Of a stretch of DNA of 32,000 nucleotides, positions 17,711 to 26,701 are shown piece by piece. Numbering within the stretch: position 1 is the stretch's first letter; each line of letters starts with the position of its first letter. The notes beneath the pieces are model-generated. The model was not told where the DNA came from. It saw nothing but the letters and a program-made list of their open reading frames with translations, and ran no database searches. This DNA comes from an uncultured Mycoplasmatota bacterium (GTDB lineage: Bacteria; Bacillota_I; Bacilli_A; RF39; UBA660): positions 140,392 through 172,391 of the forward strand of contig URFW01000002.1 of the NCBI GenBank assembly GCA_900547225.1, given 5' to 3'. The translations under genes and the position numbers were made by a program.

Positions 17711-20063
17711 AGATAAATTTTTAAAGGCACGAAAAAAATATAGTGATAGTAAGAAGTGGGCAATTTTTCTTATATTAACTATATTTTTATTGAATATAGG
17801 TTATGCAGCTTCAAAGGCCTCGCTTGAAATAAAGGGTAGTGCGAGTGCTGTAAAAATACCAGAATTATTTATCGAAGAAGTAAAAATAATTGACATAAAC
17901 GGATGTTCACAAAATGAACTTCCCATAACAAATGGAACTACTTTGGATACTAATATAAATTTTCCTTCTAATGAATATTCATATATAACATATCAGGTAA
18001 CTATTGCAAATGGTACGGATTCTATTCAAAAGTATACAGGAGAAACTTATAATAGCGATACATCAACTAAAAATGTTATTAATTATGAACTTACGGATGG
18101 TCTTTCTTCCGGTGAGTATTTGTTCCCTGGGGATAGTACAACATATACGTTAACTTATAAGTATAGAAACGGTGCAAGTACAGGTAATTATGATTTGAAA
18201 ATGAACTTTAATTTTGAAGATTCCGGTAAGTTTTCCGCACTTTCATATACAAATAGTGTTGATTTAACTAATAAAACTAAAGAAGCCGTAAAAATTAAGG
18301 TAATGAATAATGGAGATTCTGCAATCAATTATAATCTCAACATAGATAATACTAAATTTGAACTAACTGATATTAATGGAAATTCTTTAAGTTCTCTTTC
18401 TATAAAAGCTCATACTGAAGAAGAAATAACTGTTTATTTATCCAAAAAGTCAGATGTTACATATTACAAAACAGAATATGAAACAAACTTTAGTTTAAGT
18501 TATAATGATATTACATTAGATTTTGGAAAAATAAAAATAAAAACAAATACAACAAGTGGCTATGTTGATACAACACCTCCTCAAATAGGGACAGTATCAG
18601 TTGATATCGTATATGAAGTTGGATCAATTGATGTTACTTGGTCTAATTTAGATAATAAAAATGAGTCTCCAGTAACTAATTATGTTGTTTTACTTTATAA
18701 TGATTCGGGAACTCTTGTTACAACCGGAAACACTGGTAATTCAGATACCACCTATAGATTTAAAAATCAAGCACAAGGAAATTATTATGCTGTAGTTTAT
18801 GGTATAGACGAAGCTGAAAATTCAGGAGAAACTTATGTTTCATCTTCTTCAACATCAACAACCAATGCAAGAAAATCTGTTACAAAAGAAATGAGATGGA
18901 AAAGAACAATAACATATAATGTTACAAATATTAGTGTTGCAGGACCTAATGAGGCTAATTTGGGTGAGTCATTTACAGCTACTTTAAAACCGGATAATAA
19001 CTATAAATATAATTCTGTTCCTTCAGTTACGTCAGATGGTAAAACTTTTAAAGATTATTCAACGAATGCTGATAAATATACTATAACAATAAATCAAGTG
19101 ACAGGTGATCTAGTTATTACTGCAACAGCAGCAAGAACTGCTTGCCTTGCTAAAGGAACAAAAATATTACTTGCAAATGGCAAATATAAGAACATAGAAA
19201 ATATTAGATATGATGATTTACTAATGGTATATAATCATGAAAATGGTACATTTACTCCTGAATATCCTATTTGGATTGAAAAAGGTAATTTGTCTAGTAA
19301 TTATCAAGTAATAACATTTAGTGATGGTACTTCTTTAACAACGATCGATAAACATTCTTTATTTAGTATTGATGACAATAGATATGTTGATGTAACAGAT
19401 GAAAATACATTTCACGTTGGAACTAACATACTAAAAACAGTAAAATCTAAGAGAGGTTACAAGCTCAAAAGTGTTTCTGTAACTAATATAGAAAAGGTAA
19501 ATAAATCGATTGATTATTATAACGTTGTATCAACAAAATACTATGATATAATTGCAAACGATGTATTAACATCAGATGGAAGAACAGGACTAGTTAATTT
19601 TTATGAGTTTAAGGAAAATGCTGTTTGGTCTTCAAGAAGACAAGAAGTTATAAAGAATAATACATTCTTAAACTATGAAGATTATAAATTTATTCCGTAT
19701 TACTTGTTCCATGGCTTAAGAGCACAAGATGGAGCGGTTATAATTAAGTATAATTATATGACTAAAGAAGAATTTGAATCTGTGTTTACCGATTTATTAT
19801 TAAATAAAGAAATGGTATTAGATCCAATAACTAAAAACAAAAAAAGATATTGGATGGTAACAACATCAGATGATAAAGTAACAAGTAAAAATAAAGAAAA
19901 ATATTTACTGAAAGAAAATAGTTATTATACGTTAGAAAAACCTAAGAAAACGAAAAATTTCAAAGGTTGGTATAATACTGGCGATGGGAAGATTTATAAA
20001 CCGGGTAGTAAGGTAAAGATATATCATGGTACACATTTTGTTGCATCATATAATAAAAATTAG
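17700..20063 (+). CDS. large secreted multidomain protein: cluster leader motif, Ig/CARDB-like beta domains, FN3-like domain, Hint (bacterial intein-like) domain, unknown C-terminal region ending in a Listeria-Bacteroides-type repeat
   Basis: The track ORF starts at TTG 17682. ATG 17700 follows AAGGA. Leader: GYAASKASLEIKGSASAVK. FN3-like: PPQIGTVSVDIVYEVGSIDVTWSNL...YYAVVYGIDEAENSG. Hint block A: CLAKGTKILLANG (Cys codon 19143-19145). Hint C-terminal block: YYNVVSTKYYDIIANDVLTS. C-terminal FKGWYNTGDGKIYKPGSKVKIYHGTHFVASY. Confidence 0.85.
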   Translation: MKVKDKFLKARKKYSDSKKWAIFLILTIFLLNIGYAASKASLEIKGSASAVKIPELFIEEVKIIDINGCSQNELPITNGTTLDTNINFPSNEYSYITYQVTIANGTDSIQKYTGETYNSDTSTKNVINYELTDGLSSGEYLFPGDSTTYTLTYKYRNGASTGNYDLKMNFNFEDSGKFSALSYTNSVDLTNKTKEAVKIKVMNNGDSAINYNLNIDNTKFELTDINGNSLSSLSIKAHTEEEITVYLSKKSDVTYYKTEYETNFSLSYNDITLDFGKIKIKTNTTSGYVDTTPPQIGTVSVDIVYEVGSIDVTWSNLDNKNESPVTNYVVLLYNDSGTLVTTGNTGNSDTTYRFKNQAQGNYYAVVYGIDEAENSGETYVSSSSTSTTNARKSVTKEMRWKRTITYNVTNISVAGPNEANLGESFTATLKPDNNYKYNSVPSVTSDGKTFKDYSTNADKYTITINQVTGDLVITATAARTACLAKGTKILLANGKYKNIENIRYDDLLMVYNHENGTFTPEYPIWIEKGNLSSNYQVITFSDGTSLTTIDKHSLFSIDDNRYVDVTDENTFHVGTNILKTVKSKRGYKLKSVSVTNIEKVNKSIDYYNVVSTKYYDIIANDVLTSDGRTGLVNFYEFKENAVWSSRRQEVIKNNTFLNYEDYKFIPYYLFHGLRAQDGAVIIKYNYMTKEEFESVFTDLLLNKEMVLDPITKNKKRYWMVTTSDDKVTSKNKEKYLLKENSYYTLEKPKKTKNFKGWYNTGDGKIYKPGSKVKIYHGTHFVASYNKN

Positions 20064-20090
20064 CTCATAACTACATGAGCTAATTTTTTT
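20062..20090. terminator. hairpin terminator between convergent genes (probably bidirectional)
   Basis: AGCTCAT (20062-20068) pairs with ATGAGCT (20075-20081), followed by AATTTTTTT on the + strand. An A-rich run on the 5' side gives a U-run for the minus-strand transcript. Confidence 0.7.
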
Positions 20091-20110
20091 AAATAGATCA
20101 AATAGAAAAA

Positions 20111-20497
20111 TTATTCTTTAATTATATATTTTATTACTTCTTCTACGCTTTTCTTTGTTCCATTAGTATTGTAATATATTAAAACAGTATCAATAGCAAG
20201 TTTTAGCATATTAAAATATATTATAAGTTCGCGTCCTTTAGCAGTATCTTTGTATTCATTAATATATTTTTCAAACATCTTTTTATCTTCATTTGAAAGT
20301 GGCTCTATTTCAAAATTATATTTCTTTTCTTTTTTTGCAAATCTATAAAATATCCCATTATAATACTCATCTATAAATGATAAATCACTAATTTTTACTA
20401 TATCAGGTGTTATTCTACTATTTATATTTTTTACTAGCTTTAAATCAGCTTCATATCTTTTTTCAAACAAAAATTTTAGTCTTTTATTCTCGTTCAT
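20111..20497 (-). CDS. hypothetical cytoplasmic protein, 128 aa
   Basis: AAAGGAGA RBS 7 nt upstream of the ATG. No TM segment or signal peptide and no recognised motif. One of only two supported full-length minus-strand genes in the window (the other is the XRE regulator at 22640-22960). Confidence 0.6.
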   Translation of the reverse strand: MNENKRLKFLFEKRYEADLKLVKNINSRITPDIVKISDLSFIDEYYNGIFYRFAKKEKKYNFEIEPLSNEDKKMFEKYINEYKDTAKGRELIIYFNMLKLAIDTVLIYYNTNGTKKSVEEVIKYIIKE

Positions 20498-20570
20498 TAT
20501 AACGTCTCCTTTGAATTAACATTTTATATAATAATAGTATAGCACATTATTATAATCTAAGTAATTCTTA

Positions 20571-20599
20571 TTGATTACATATAAAATAAGTGTTAGAAT
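20571..20599 (+). promoter_or_regulatory. candidate uvrB promoter
   Basis: TTGATT (20571-20576), 17 nt, TGtTAGAAT (extended -10, TAGAAT 20594-20599). Confidence 0.4.
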
Positions 20600-20671
20600 A
20601 AGTTAATAGAATTTATTTAATGTTATTAGTATTGCTTGCTGAATTTTTAAGACAGGGCAAGGAGGTTATTT

Positions 20672-22627
20672 ATGTTCGATTTAGTGTCAAAATTTAAGCC
20701 ATCAGGTGATCAACCAGAAGCTATAAAAGAGCTTTCTAAGGGGATAAAAGATGGTAAGAAATATCAAGTTTTATTAGGAGCAACAGGAACTGGTAAAACT
20801 TTTACAATAGCAAACGTTATTAAAGAGGTTAATAAACCAACATTAGTACTCGCACATAATAAAACGCTTGCAGGTCAACTTTACTCTGAACTTAAGGAAA
20901 TATTTCCAAATAATCAGGTTTGCTATTTTGTTTCGTATTATGACTATTATCAACCAGAAGCATATGTACCTTCAAGTGATACTTATATAGAAAAAGACTC
21001 TTCAATAAATGATGAGATAGATGAATTAAGGCATTATGCAACATCATCACTAATTAATTCAAAAGATGTAATAGTAGTAGCATCGGTATCTTGTATATAT
21101 GGTATTGGAGATAAAGAAGAATATGAAAAACATATGTTAACGTTAAAGGTAGGAGAAGAAATAAATAGAAATGAAGTCCTATCAAAACTAGTTGATATGA
21201 TGTATGAAAGAAATAACATAGATTTAGCAAGAGGCATGTTTAGAGCTAAAGGGGACGTTATCGAAGTAATACCAGTTTACGAAAAAAGCCATGGAATAAG
21301 AATTGAATTATTTGGTGATGAGATAGAAAGAATAACAGAGTTTGATGTTTTAACAGGCGCGGTAGTAGGTGAGAAAAAATTCATTTCAATTATGCCAGCA
21401 TCACACTTTGTTACAAGTGAAGAAAAATTAAAAAAAGCAATCGTAAACATAAGAAAAGAATTAGATGAAAGATTAGCTTATTTTAGAGAAAACGGCAAAT
21501 TATTAGAGGCTGAACGCCTGGAACAGAGGTGTAAGTATGACCTTGAAATGCTTGCAGAAACAGGTTTTTGTTCTGGCGTTGAAAACTATTCTAGACACTT
21601 GGCTTTAAAACCAGAGGGTGCAACTCCAACTTGTCTTTTGGACTTTTTTCCTGATGATTTTTTAATGGTAATAGATGAGTCACACGTAACATTACCTCAG
21701 GTTAAGGCAATGTATAATGGGGATAGAGCAAGAAAACAAATGCTTGTAGATTATGGATTTCGTCTTCCATCAGCACTAGATAACAGACCACTTAAATACG
21801 AAGAATTTGAAGAAAAAATAAATCAGGTAATATATGTATCTGCAACTCCTGGGGATGAAGAATTACAAAAAGTAAATAACAAGGTAGTAGAACAAATAAT
21901 AAGGCCAACTGGACTTTTAGATCCATTAATAGAGGTTAGAAAACAAGAAAACCAAGTTGATGATTTAATAGAAGAAATAGAAAAGCAAATAGAAAAAGGT
22001 GATAGAACACTTGTTACAACATTAACAATTCGTATGGCAGAGGAATTAACTTCTTACTTAAAAAATTTAAATATAAAAGTAGCATACTTGCATAGTGAAG
22101 TTAAAACCTTAGAAAGACTAAAAATTATTCACGATTTAAGGGAAGGCAAATATGATGTTTTAGTTGGTATTAACCTTTTAAGGGAAGGTCTTGATATTCC
22201 TGAGGTTAGTTTAGTTGCTATTTTAGATGCAGATAAGCAAGGATTCTTAAGAAGTCATAGAAGTTTAATTCAAACCATAGGTAGATGTGCTAGAAACGCA
22301 GAAGGCAGGGTAATTATGTATGCTAACTTAATAAGCGATGCGATGAGAACTGCTATAGACGAAACGAAAAGAAGAAGAGAAATTCAAATTAAATATAATA
22401 AGGAACATAACATAGTTCCAAAAACAATAAAGAAAAAGATAATGGATGTAGTAACGGTAAATGATGAAGCAGGAGAAAAAACTAATAAACGTAATATAAA
22501 AGATGTAAAAGAAACTGAAAAAATAATTAAAGGTTTAGAAGAAGAAATGCAAAAAGCTGCAAAAGAATTAGACTTTGAACGTGCTATGGAACTTCGTGAT
22601 ATTATATTTGAAATGAAAGTTAGTTAA
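20672..22627 (+). CDS. uvrB: excinuclease ABC subunit B
   Basis: 651 aa. Walker A GATGTGKT, beta-hairpin region [10 protein letters not shown], helicase motifs DESH, and a C-terminal UVR domain ([18 protein letters not shown]). AAGGAGG RBS. Confidence 0.98.
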   Translation: MFDLVSKFKPSGDQPEAIKELSKGIKDGKKYQVLLGATGTGKTFTIANVIKEVNKPTLVLAHNKTLAGQLYSELKEIFPNNQVCYFVSYYDYYQPEAYVPSSDTYIEKDSSINDEIDELRHYATSSLINSKDVIVVASVSCIYGIGDKEEYEKHMLTLKVGEEINRNEVLSKLVDMMYERNNIDLARGMFRAKGDVIEVIPVYEKSHGIRIELFGDEIERITEFDVLTGAVVGEKKFISIMPASHFVTSEEKLKKAIVNIRKELDERLAYFRENGKLLEAERLEQRCKYDLEMLAETGFCSGVENYSRHLALKPEGATPTCLLDFFPDDFLMVIDESHVTLPQVKAMYNGDRARKQMLVDYGFRLPSALDNRPLKYEEFEEKINQVIYVSATPGDEELQKVNNKVVEQIIRPTGLLDPLIEVRKQENQVDDLIEEIEKQIEKGDRTLVTTLTIRMAEELTSYLKNLNIKVAYLHSEVKTLERLKIIHDLREGKYDVLVGINLLREGLDIPEVSLVAILDADKQGFLRSHRSLIQTIGRCARNAEGRVIMYANLISDAMRTAIDETKRRREIQIKYNKEHNIVPKTIKKKIMDVVTVNDEAGEKTNKRNIKDVKETEKIIKGLEEEMQKAAKELDFERAMELRDIIFEMKVS

Positions 22628-22657
22628 AAAGTAGAGATTTTACTTATCTCTACTTTT
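22627..22657. terminator. 12-bp hairpin shared by the convergent uvrB and XRE gene ends
   Basis: AAAAGTAGAGAT (22627-22638) pairs with ATCTCTACTTTT (22646-22657). The 3' arm encodes the last residues (SRDK-stop) of the minus-strand XRE gene. Confidence 0.65.
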
Positions 22658-22960
22658 AATATTTTTACAATACCAAATAACATCTTTTTTCTGATTATCA
22701 CTAAGTTTATCAAATTCATATATTAATTCATCATTACAAGTAGTATCTTTTAATCTTATTGGAGTACTTATGTTTGTTCTATCTAACAAATAATCAACAG
22801 AAGTATCTAAAAAGTCTGCAAGCTTAATTAATGTATCAGCACTAGGAAGAGCTTTTCCACTTTCATATGCACTTATTGTTTCTTGTGATACCTCGGCAGC
22901 TATTGATAGTCTTATTTGAGTTATATTCTTTTTTTGTCTTAATTCTTTTAAATTCTTCAT
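22640..22960 (-). CDS. XRE-family helix-turn-helix transcriptional regulator
   Basis: 106 aa. LRQKKNITQIRLSIAAEVSQETISAYESGKALPSADTLIKLADFLDTSVDYLL is a typical HTH_3 (Cro/C1) domain. Confidence 0.85.
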   Translation of the reverse strand: MKNLKELRQKKNITQIRLSIAAEVSQETISAYESGKALPSADTLIKLADFLDTSVDYLLDRTNISTPIRLKDTTCNDELIYEFDKLSDNQKKDVIWYCKNIKSRDK

Positions 22961-23117
22961 AATACTACTTCTTTCTATATTTCTAAAATAATTTTATAAA
23001 AAGTATTTGTATTTTATAGATATATGATTTATAATATATACATATACAGATTATATTTATTATATGCAGTATCTTAATAATTATTCTGTAAATATGTAGA
23101 AAGGAGTAAGTAGTGCT

Positions 23118-23717
23118 ATGAAAGAAGAGAAAAAAACAGGATTTTCAGTTGCGTCAATGGTATTAGGAATAATTGGAATTTGCTTATCATTTATACCCAT
23201 AGTTAATAATGTTTCATTTATATTAGGTGTTTTATCTGTTATTTTTGCGATAGTTTCATTAGTTAAAAAGTCAGGCAAGGCAAAGGCAATTGTAGGATTA
23301 ATATTAGGTATATTATCTGTTGTAATAACGCTATCACTTCAAAATAGTTGGTCAAAGTCGCTAGATGATGTTGGTAAAGATTTGGATAATATGACGGGTG
23401 ATAACACAGAAGAAATATTAAAAAAAGATGTTGACGTTAATATTGGAAAATTAAATGTTACAACCGATGAATATGGTTATTCAGATTCTGAACTTGTAGT
23501 TACAGTAACAAATAAATCTAAAGAGAAAAAATCATTCACTATACATATAGAAGCAGTAGATAATACTGGAAAAAGAATAGATGATGATTATGTTTATGCA
23601 AATGACTTGAATTCTGGTCAAACGCAAGACTTTAAAATATTTACTTTAGTTTCGTCGGAAAAATTAGAACAAATGAAATCAGCTGAATTTAAAATTATTG
23701 ATGTTTCAATGGATTAG
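23118..23717 (+). CDS. membrane protein: N-terminal DUF4190-like TM hairpins plus an extracytoplasmic beta domain (DUF4352-like)
   Basis: 199 aa. GFSVASMVLGIIGICLSF..., ILGVLSVIFAIVSL and IVGLILGILSVVITL are TM helices. The C-terminal part is beta-rich (ELVVTVTNKSKEKKSFTIHIEAVDNTGKRI). AAAGGAG RBS. Divergent from the XRE gene. Confidence 0.7.
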   Translation: MKEEKKTGFSVASMVLGIIGICLSFIPIVNNVSFILGVLSVIFAIVSLVKKSGKAKAIVGLILGILSVVITLSLQNSWSKSLDDVGKDLDNMTGDNTEEILKKDVDVNIGKLNVTTDEYGYSDSELVVTVTNKSKEKKSFTIHIEAVDNTGKRIDDDYVYANDLNSGQTQDFKIFTLVSSEKLEQMKSAEFKIIDVSMD

Positions 23718-23719
23718 AA

Positions 23720-23746
23720 AAGTTATGTTTTACATAGCTTTTTTTC
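23720..23746 (+). terminator. rho-independent terminator after the membrane protein gene
   Basis: AAGTTATGT (23720-23728) pairs with ACATAGCTT (23732-23740) with one G-U pair, followed by TTTTT. Confidence 0.6.
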
Positions 23747-23835
23747 TTATCATTGCCATAAGTACATTTGTTTGATATAATTGATGTATAAATTTAATAA
23801 TTTTATGATAGAATATTAAACTGAAGGTGATTTAA

Positions 23836-26652
23836 GTGGACAAAATTATAGTAAAAGGTGCAAGAGAAAATAATTTAAAAAACGTGGATATAGAAATACC
23901 AAAGAATAAACTAACGGTAATGACAGGTGTATCAGGAAGTGGTAAATCGTCCCTTGCTTTTGATACGATATATGCTGAAGGACAAAGAAGATATGTAGAA
24001 AGCTTATCTGCTTATGCAAGGCAGTTTTTAGGAGGAACAAAAAAACCAGATGTAGATTCAATAGAAGGTCTTTCTCCATCTATTTCAATAGATCAAAAAA
24101 CTACTAATAATAACCCAAGGTCAACGGTTGGAACGGTTACAGAAATATATGATTATTTTAGACTTTTATTTGCGCGTATAGGAGTTCCATATTGTCCTAA
24201 TCATAATATTCCAATAACAAGTCAATCGATAGAAGAGATGACTACGCAAATAATGAATGAGGAAGATAAAACAAAATTAATTATTATGTCACCGGTTATA
24301 TATGGTCAAAAAGGAACATTTAAAGATTTATTAGATTCTTTAAGAAAAGATGGTTATGTTAGGGTAAAAATAGATGATGAAGTAAAGGATTTAAGTGAAG
24401 AAATAACTCTTGATAAAAATAAGAAACACAACATATTAGTTGTAATAGATAGGGTAATTAAAAAGGAAGAAGCAAGAAGCAGAATATATGAAGCCCTAGA
24501 ACTTGCTTGCAAATTATCTAAAGGAAAAGCAGTAGTTTCCATCCCTGGAAGAGAAGACATTGTTATGAGTGAGTCATTTGCATGTCCACACTGTGATTTT
24601 TCTTTAGAAGAACTTGAACCTAGAATGTTTTCATTTAATGCTCCTTATGGTTCTTGTCCTGATTGTAAAGGTTTAGGATTTAAGCAAAAGATAAGTGAAC
24701 AACTGATAATTCCTGACAAGGAAAAGACTCTAGCAAGAGGCGGGATAGAGCCACTTTCTGGTATGGATGACCAAAATATATACATAAAGAAACTAGAAAT
24801 AGTTTGCGATAAGTTTGGCATAGATATGAACAAAAAAATGAAGGATTTAACTAAAAAAGAATTAGATATAATTCTTCGTGGTACAAAAGAAGCTATAGAA
24901 TTTAATTTTAAAACTAGAAGTGGAAACGTAATGAATAGTTATGAGCCTTATGAAGGTGTTTTAAATAACTTAGAAAGAAGATATTTTGAAACTAATAGTG
25001 AGTTTATAAGGGATTGGTTAGGTAAATATATGGTAGAACTAACTTGTCCTACATGCTTAGGTAAAAGGCTTAAAAAAAGTGTTTTATCAGTACTAATAAA
25101 TAAGAAAAACATAATTGATTTAACAGATATGAACATTGATAAGCTTTATGAGTTTTTTGATAATTTAAAACTTAGCAAGGAAAAAGAAAAAATAGCAAAA
25201 TTATTAATAAAGGAAATAAAGTCAAGACTAGAATTTTTGCATAATGTTGGATTGGGATACTTAACCTTATCTCGTAGTGCATCAACCTTGTCAGGTGGTG
25301 AGGCACAGAGAATAAGACTTGCAACGCAAATAGGTTCTCAGTTAACGGGCGTTTTATACGTACTGGATGAACCTAGTATTGGACTTCATCAAAGAGATAA
25401 CCAAAGACTTATTGATTCATTATTAAAAATGAGGGATATTGGAAATACACTAATAGTAGTAGAGCATGATACTGATACTATGTTACAAGCTGATTATTTA
25501 GTTGACGTAGGTCCTGGTGCAGGAGAGCATGGAGGCAGGATAGTAGCATGTGGAACGCCAGAAGAAGTTATGCAAAATACTAATAGTTTAACAGGAGATT
25601 ATTTAAGTGGTAGAAAGAAAATAGAAGTACCTTTAAAACGTCGTAAGGGTAATGGTAAATTTATCGAAATAAAAGGCGCAAAGGAAAATAATTTAAAGAA
25701 CATAAACGTTAAATTTCCTTTAGGAAATCTTGTTTTAGTAACTGGTGTATCAGGTTCTGGTAAAAGTAGTTTGGTAAACCAAATTTTGTATAAGGCTTTA
25801 GCATTAAACGTATACAAATCAAAAGTGGTTCCTGGCAAATATAGAAGTATAAAAGGTATAGAAGACGTAGATAAAGTAATGGATATAACACAAGATCCAA
25901 TAGGTAGAACTCCTCGTAGTAATCCTGCTACATATGTTGGTGTATTTGATGATATAAGAGATGTTTTTGCGCAAACAAAAGAAGCTAAAATAAGAGGATA
26001 TGAAAAAGGAAGGTTCTCATTTAACGTAAAAGGTGGTAGATGTGAGGCTTGCTATGGAGATGGCGTTAAAAAAATATCAATGAACTTTTTACCAGATGTA
26101 TATGTTCCTTGTGAAGTATGTGGTGGAACTAGATTTAATAAGGAAACTTTAGAGGTTAAATATAAAGGAAAAACGATATATGATGTACTTGGAATGCGCG
26201 TTGAAGAAGCTATAGAATTCTTTGAAAATCATCCTAAGATAAAAAGAAAATTACAAGTTTTAATGGACGTTGGATTAGGATACATAAAGTTAGGTCAAAG
26301 TGCACCAACTCTATCAGGTGGTGAGGCTTCTCGTGTTAAACTTGCTAAAGAACTTCAGAAAAAACCAACCGGAAAAAGTGTATTTATTCTAGATGAACCA
26401 ACAACTGGTCTTCATAGTGATGACATAAAAAAATTACTTGTTATTTTAAATAGAATAGTTGATAATGGAGATACTGTAGTAGTAATAGAACATAACCTTG
26501 ATGTTATAAAAGTGGCTGATTACATAATAGATTTAGGTCCTGAAGGAGGAGACTTAGGAGGACAAGTAGTTTGTACAGGAACTCCTGAGAAGGTAGCTAA
26601 ATGCAAAGAATCTTATACTGGTCAGTATTTGAAAAGAGAATTAAATAAATAA
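23836..26652 (+). CDS. uvrA: excinuclease ABC subunit A
   Basis: 938 aa, GTG start after GAAGGTGA. Two ABC modules (GVSGSGKSS twice; LSGGEAQRIRLA and LSGGEASRVKLA). Zinc modules CPHCDF...CPDCKG and CEACYGDG...CEVCGG. Confidence 0.98.
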   Translation: MDKIIVKGARENNLKNVDIEIPKNKLTVMTGVSGSGKSSLAFDTIYAEGQRRYVESLSAYARQFLGGTKKPDVDSIEGLSPSISIDQKTTNNNPRSTVGTVTEIYDYFRLLFARIGVPYCPNHNIPITSQSIEEMTTQIMNEEDKTKLIIMSPVIYGQKGTFKDLLDSLRKDGYVRVKIDDEVKDLSEEITLDKNKKHNILVVIDRVIKKEEARSRIYEALELACKLSKGKAVVSIPGREDIVMSESFACPHCDFSLEELEPRMFSFNAPYGSCPDCKGLGFKQKISEQLIIPDKEKTLARGGIEPLSGMDDQNIYIKKLEIVCDKFGIDMNKKMKDLTKKELDIILRGTKEAIEFNFKTRSGNVMNSYEPYEGVLNNLERRYFETNSEFIRDWLGKYMVELTCPTCLGKRLKKSVLSVLINKKNIIDLTDMNIDKLYEFFDNLKLSKEKEKIAKLLIKEIKSRLEFLHNVGLGYLTLSRSASTLSGGEAQRIRLATQIGSQLTGVLYVLDEPSIGLHQRDNQRLIDSLLKMRDIGNTLIVVEHDTDTMLQADYLVDVGPGAGEHGGRIVACGTPEEVMQNTNSLTGDYLSGRKKIEVPLKRRKGNGKFIEIKGAKENNLKNINVKFPLGNLVLVTGVSGSGKSSLVNQILYKALALNVYKSKVVPGKYRSIKGIEDVDKVMDITQDPIGRTPRSNPATYVGVFDDIRDVFAQTKEAKIRGYEKGRFSFNVKGGRCEACYGDGVKKISMNFLPDVYVPCEVCGGTRFNKETLEVKYKGKTIYDVLGMRVEEAIEFFENHPKIKRKLQVLMDVGLGYIKLGQSAPTLSGGEASRVKLAKELQKKPTGKSVFILDEPTTGLHSDDIKKLLVILNRIVDNGDTVVVIEHNLDVIKVADYIIDLGPEGGDLGGQVVCTGTPEKVAKCKESYTGQYLKRELNK

Positions 26653-26701
26653 GAAAATTTTAAAGATTTTCAGGGGGTTTTAAAAAGTTATGGATAATAA
26701 T

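Noticed and set aside
19143-19580. True splicing intein
   Set aside because: The C-terminal His-Asn and the +1 Cys/Ser/Thr are missing (the sequence ends ...NDVLTS-D). The host is a secreted repeat protein, not a conserved housekeeping enzyme. A bacterial intein-like or Hedgehog-type cleavage domain fits better.
23761-23774. LexA (Cheo) box upstream of uvrA (AGTACATTTGTTTG), and a search for one upstream of uvrB (20498-20671)
   Set aside because: It matches only 10/14 of CGAACATATGTTCG, and both GAAC/GTTC core half-sites are mutated. Nothing better was found upstream of uvrB. This is too degenerate to call without the species-specific LexA motif.
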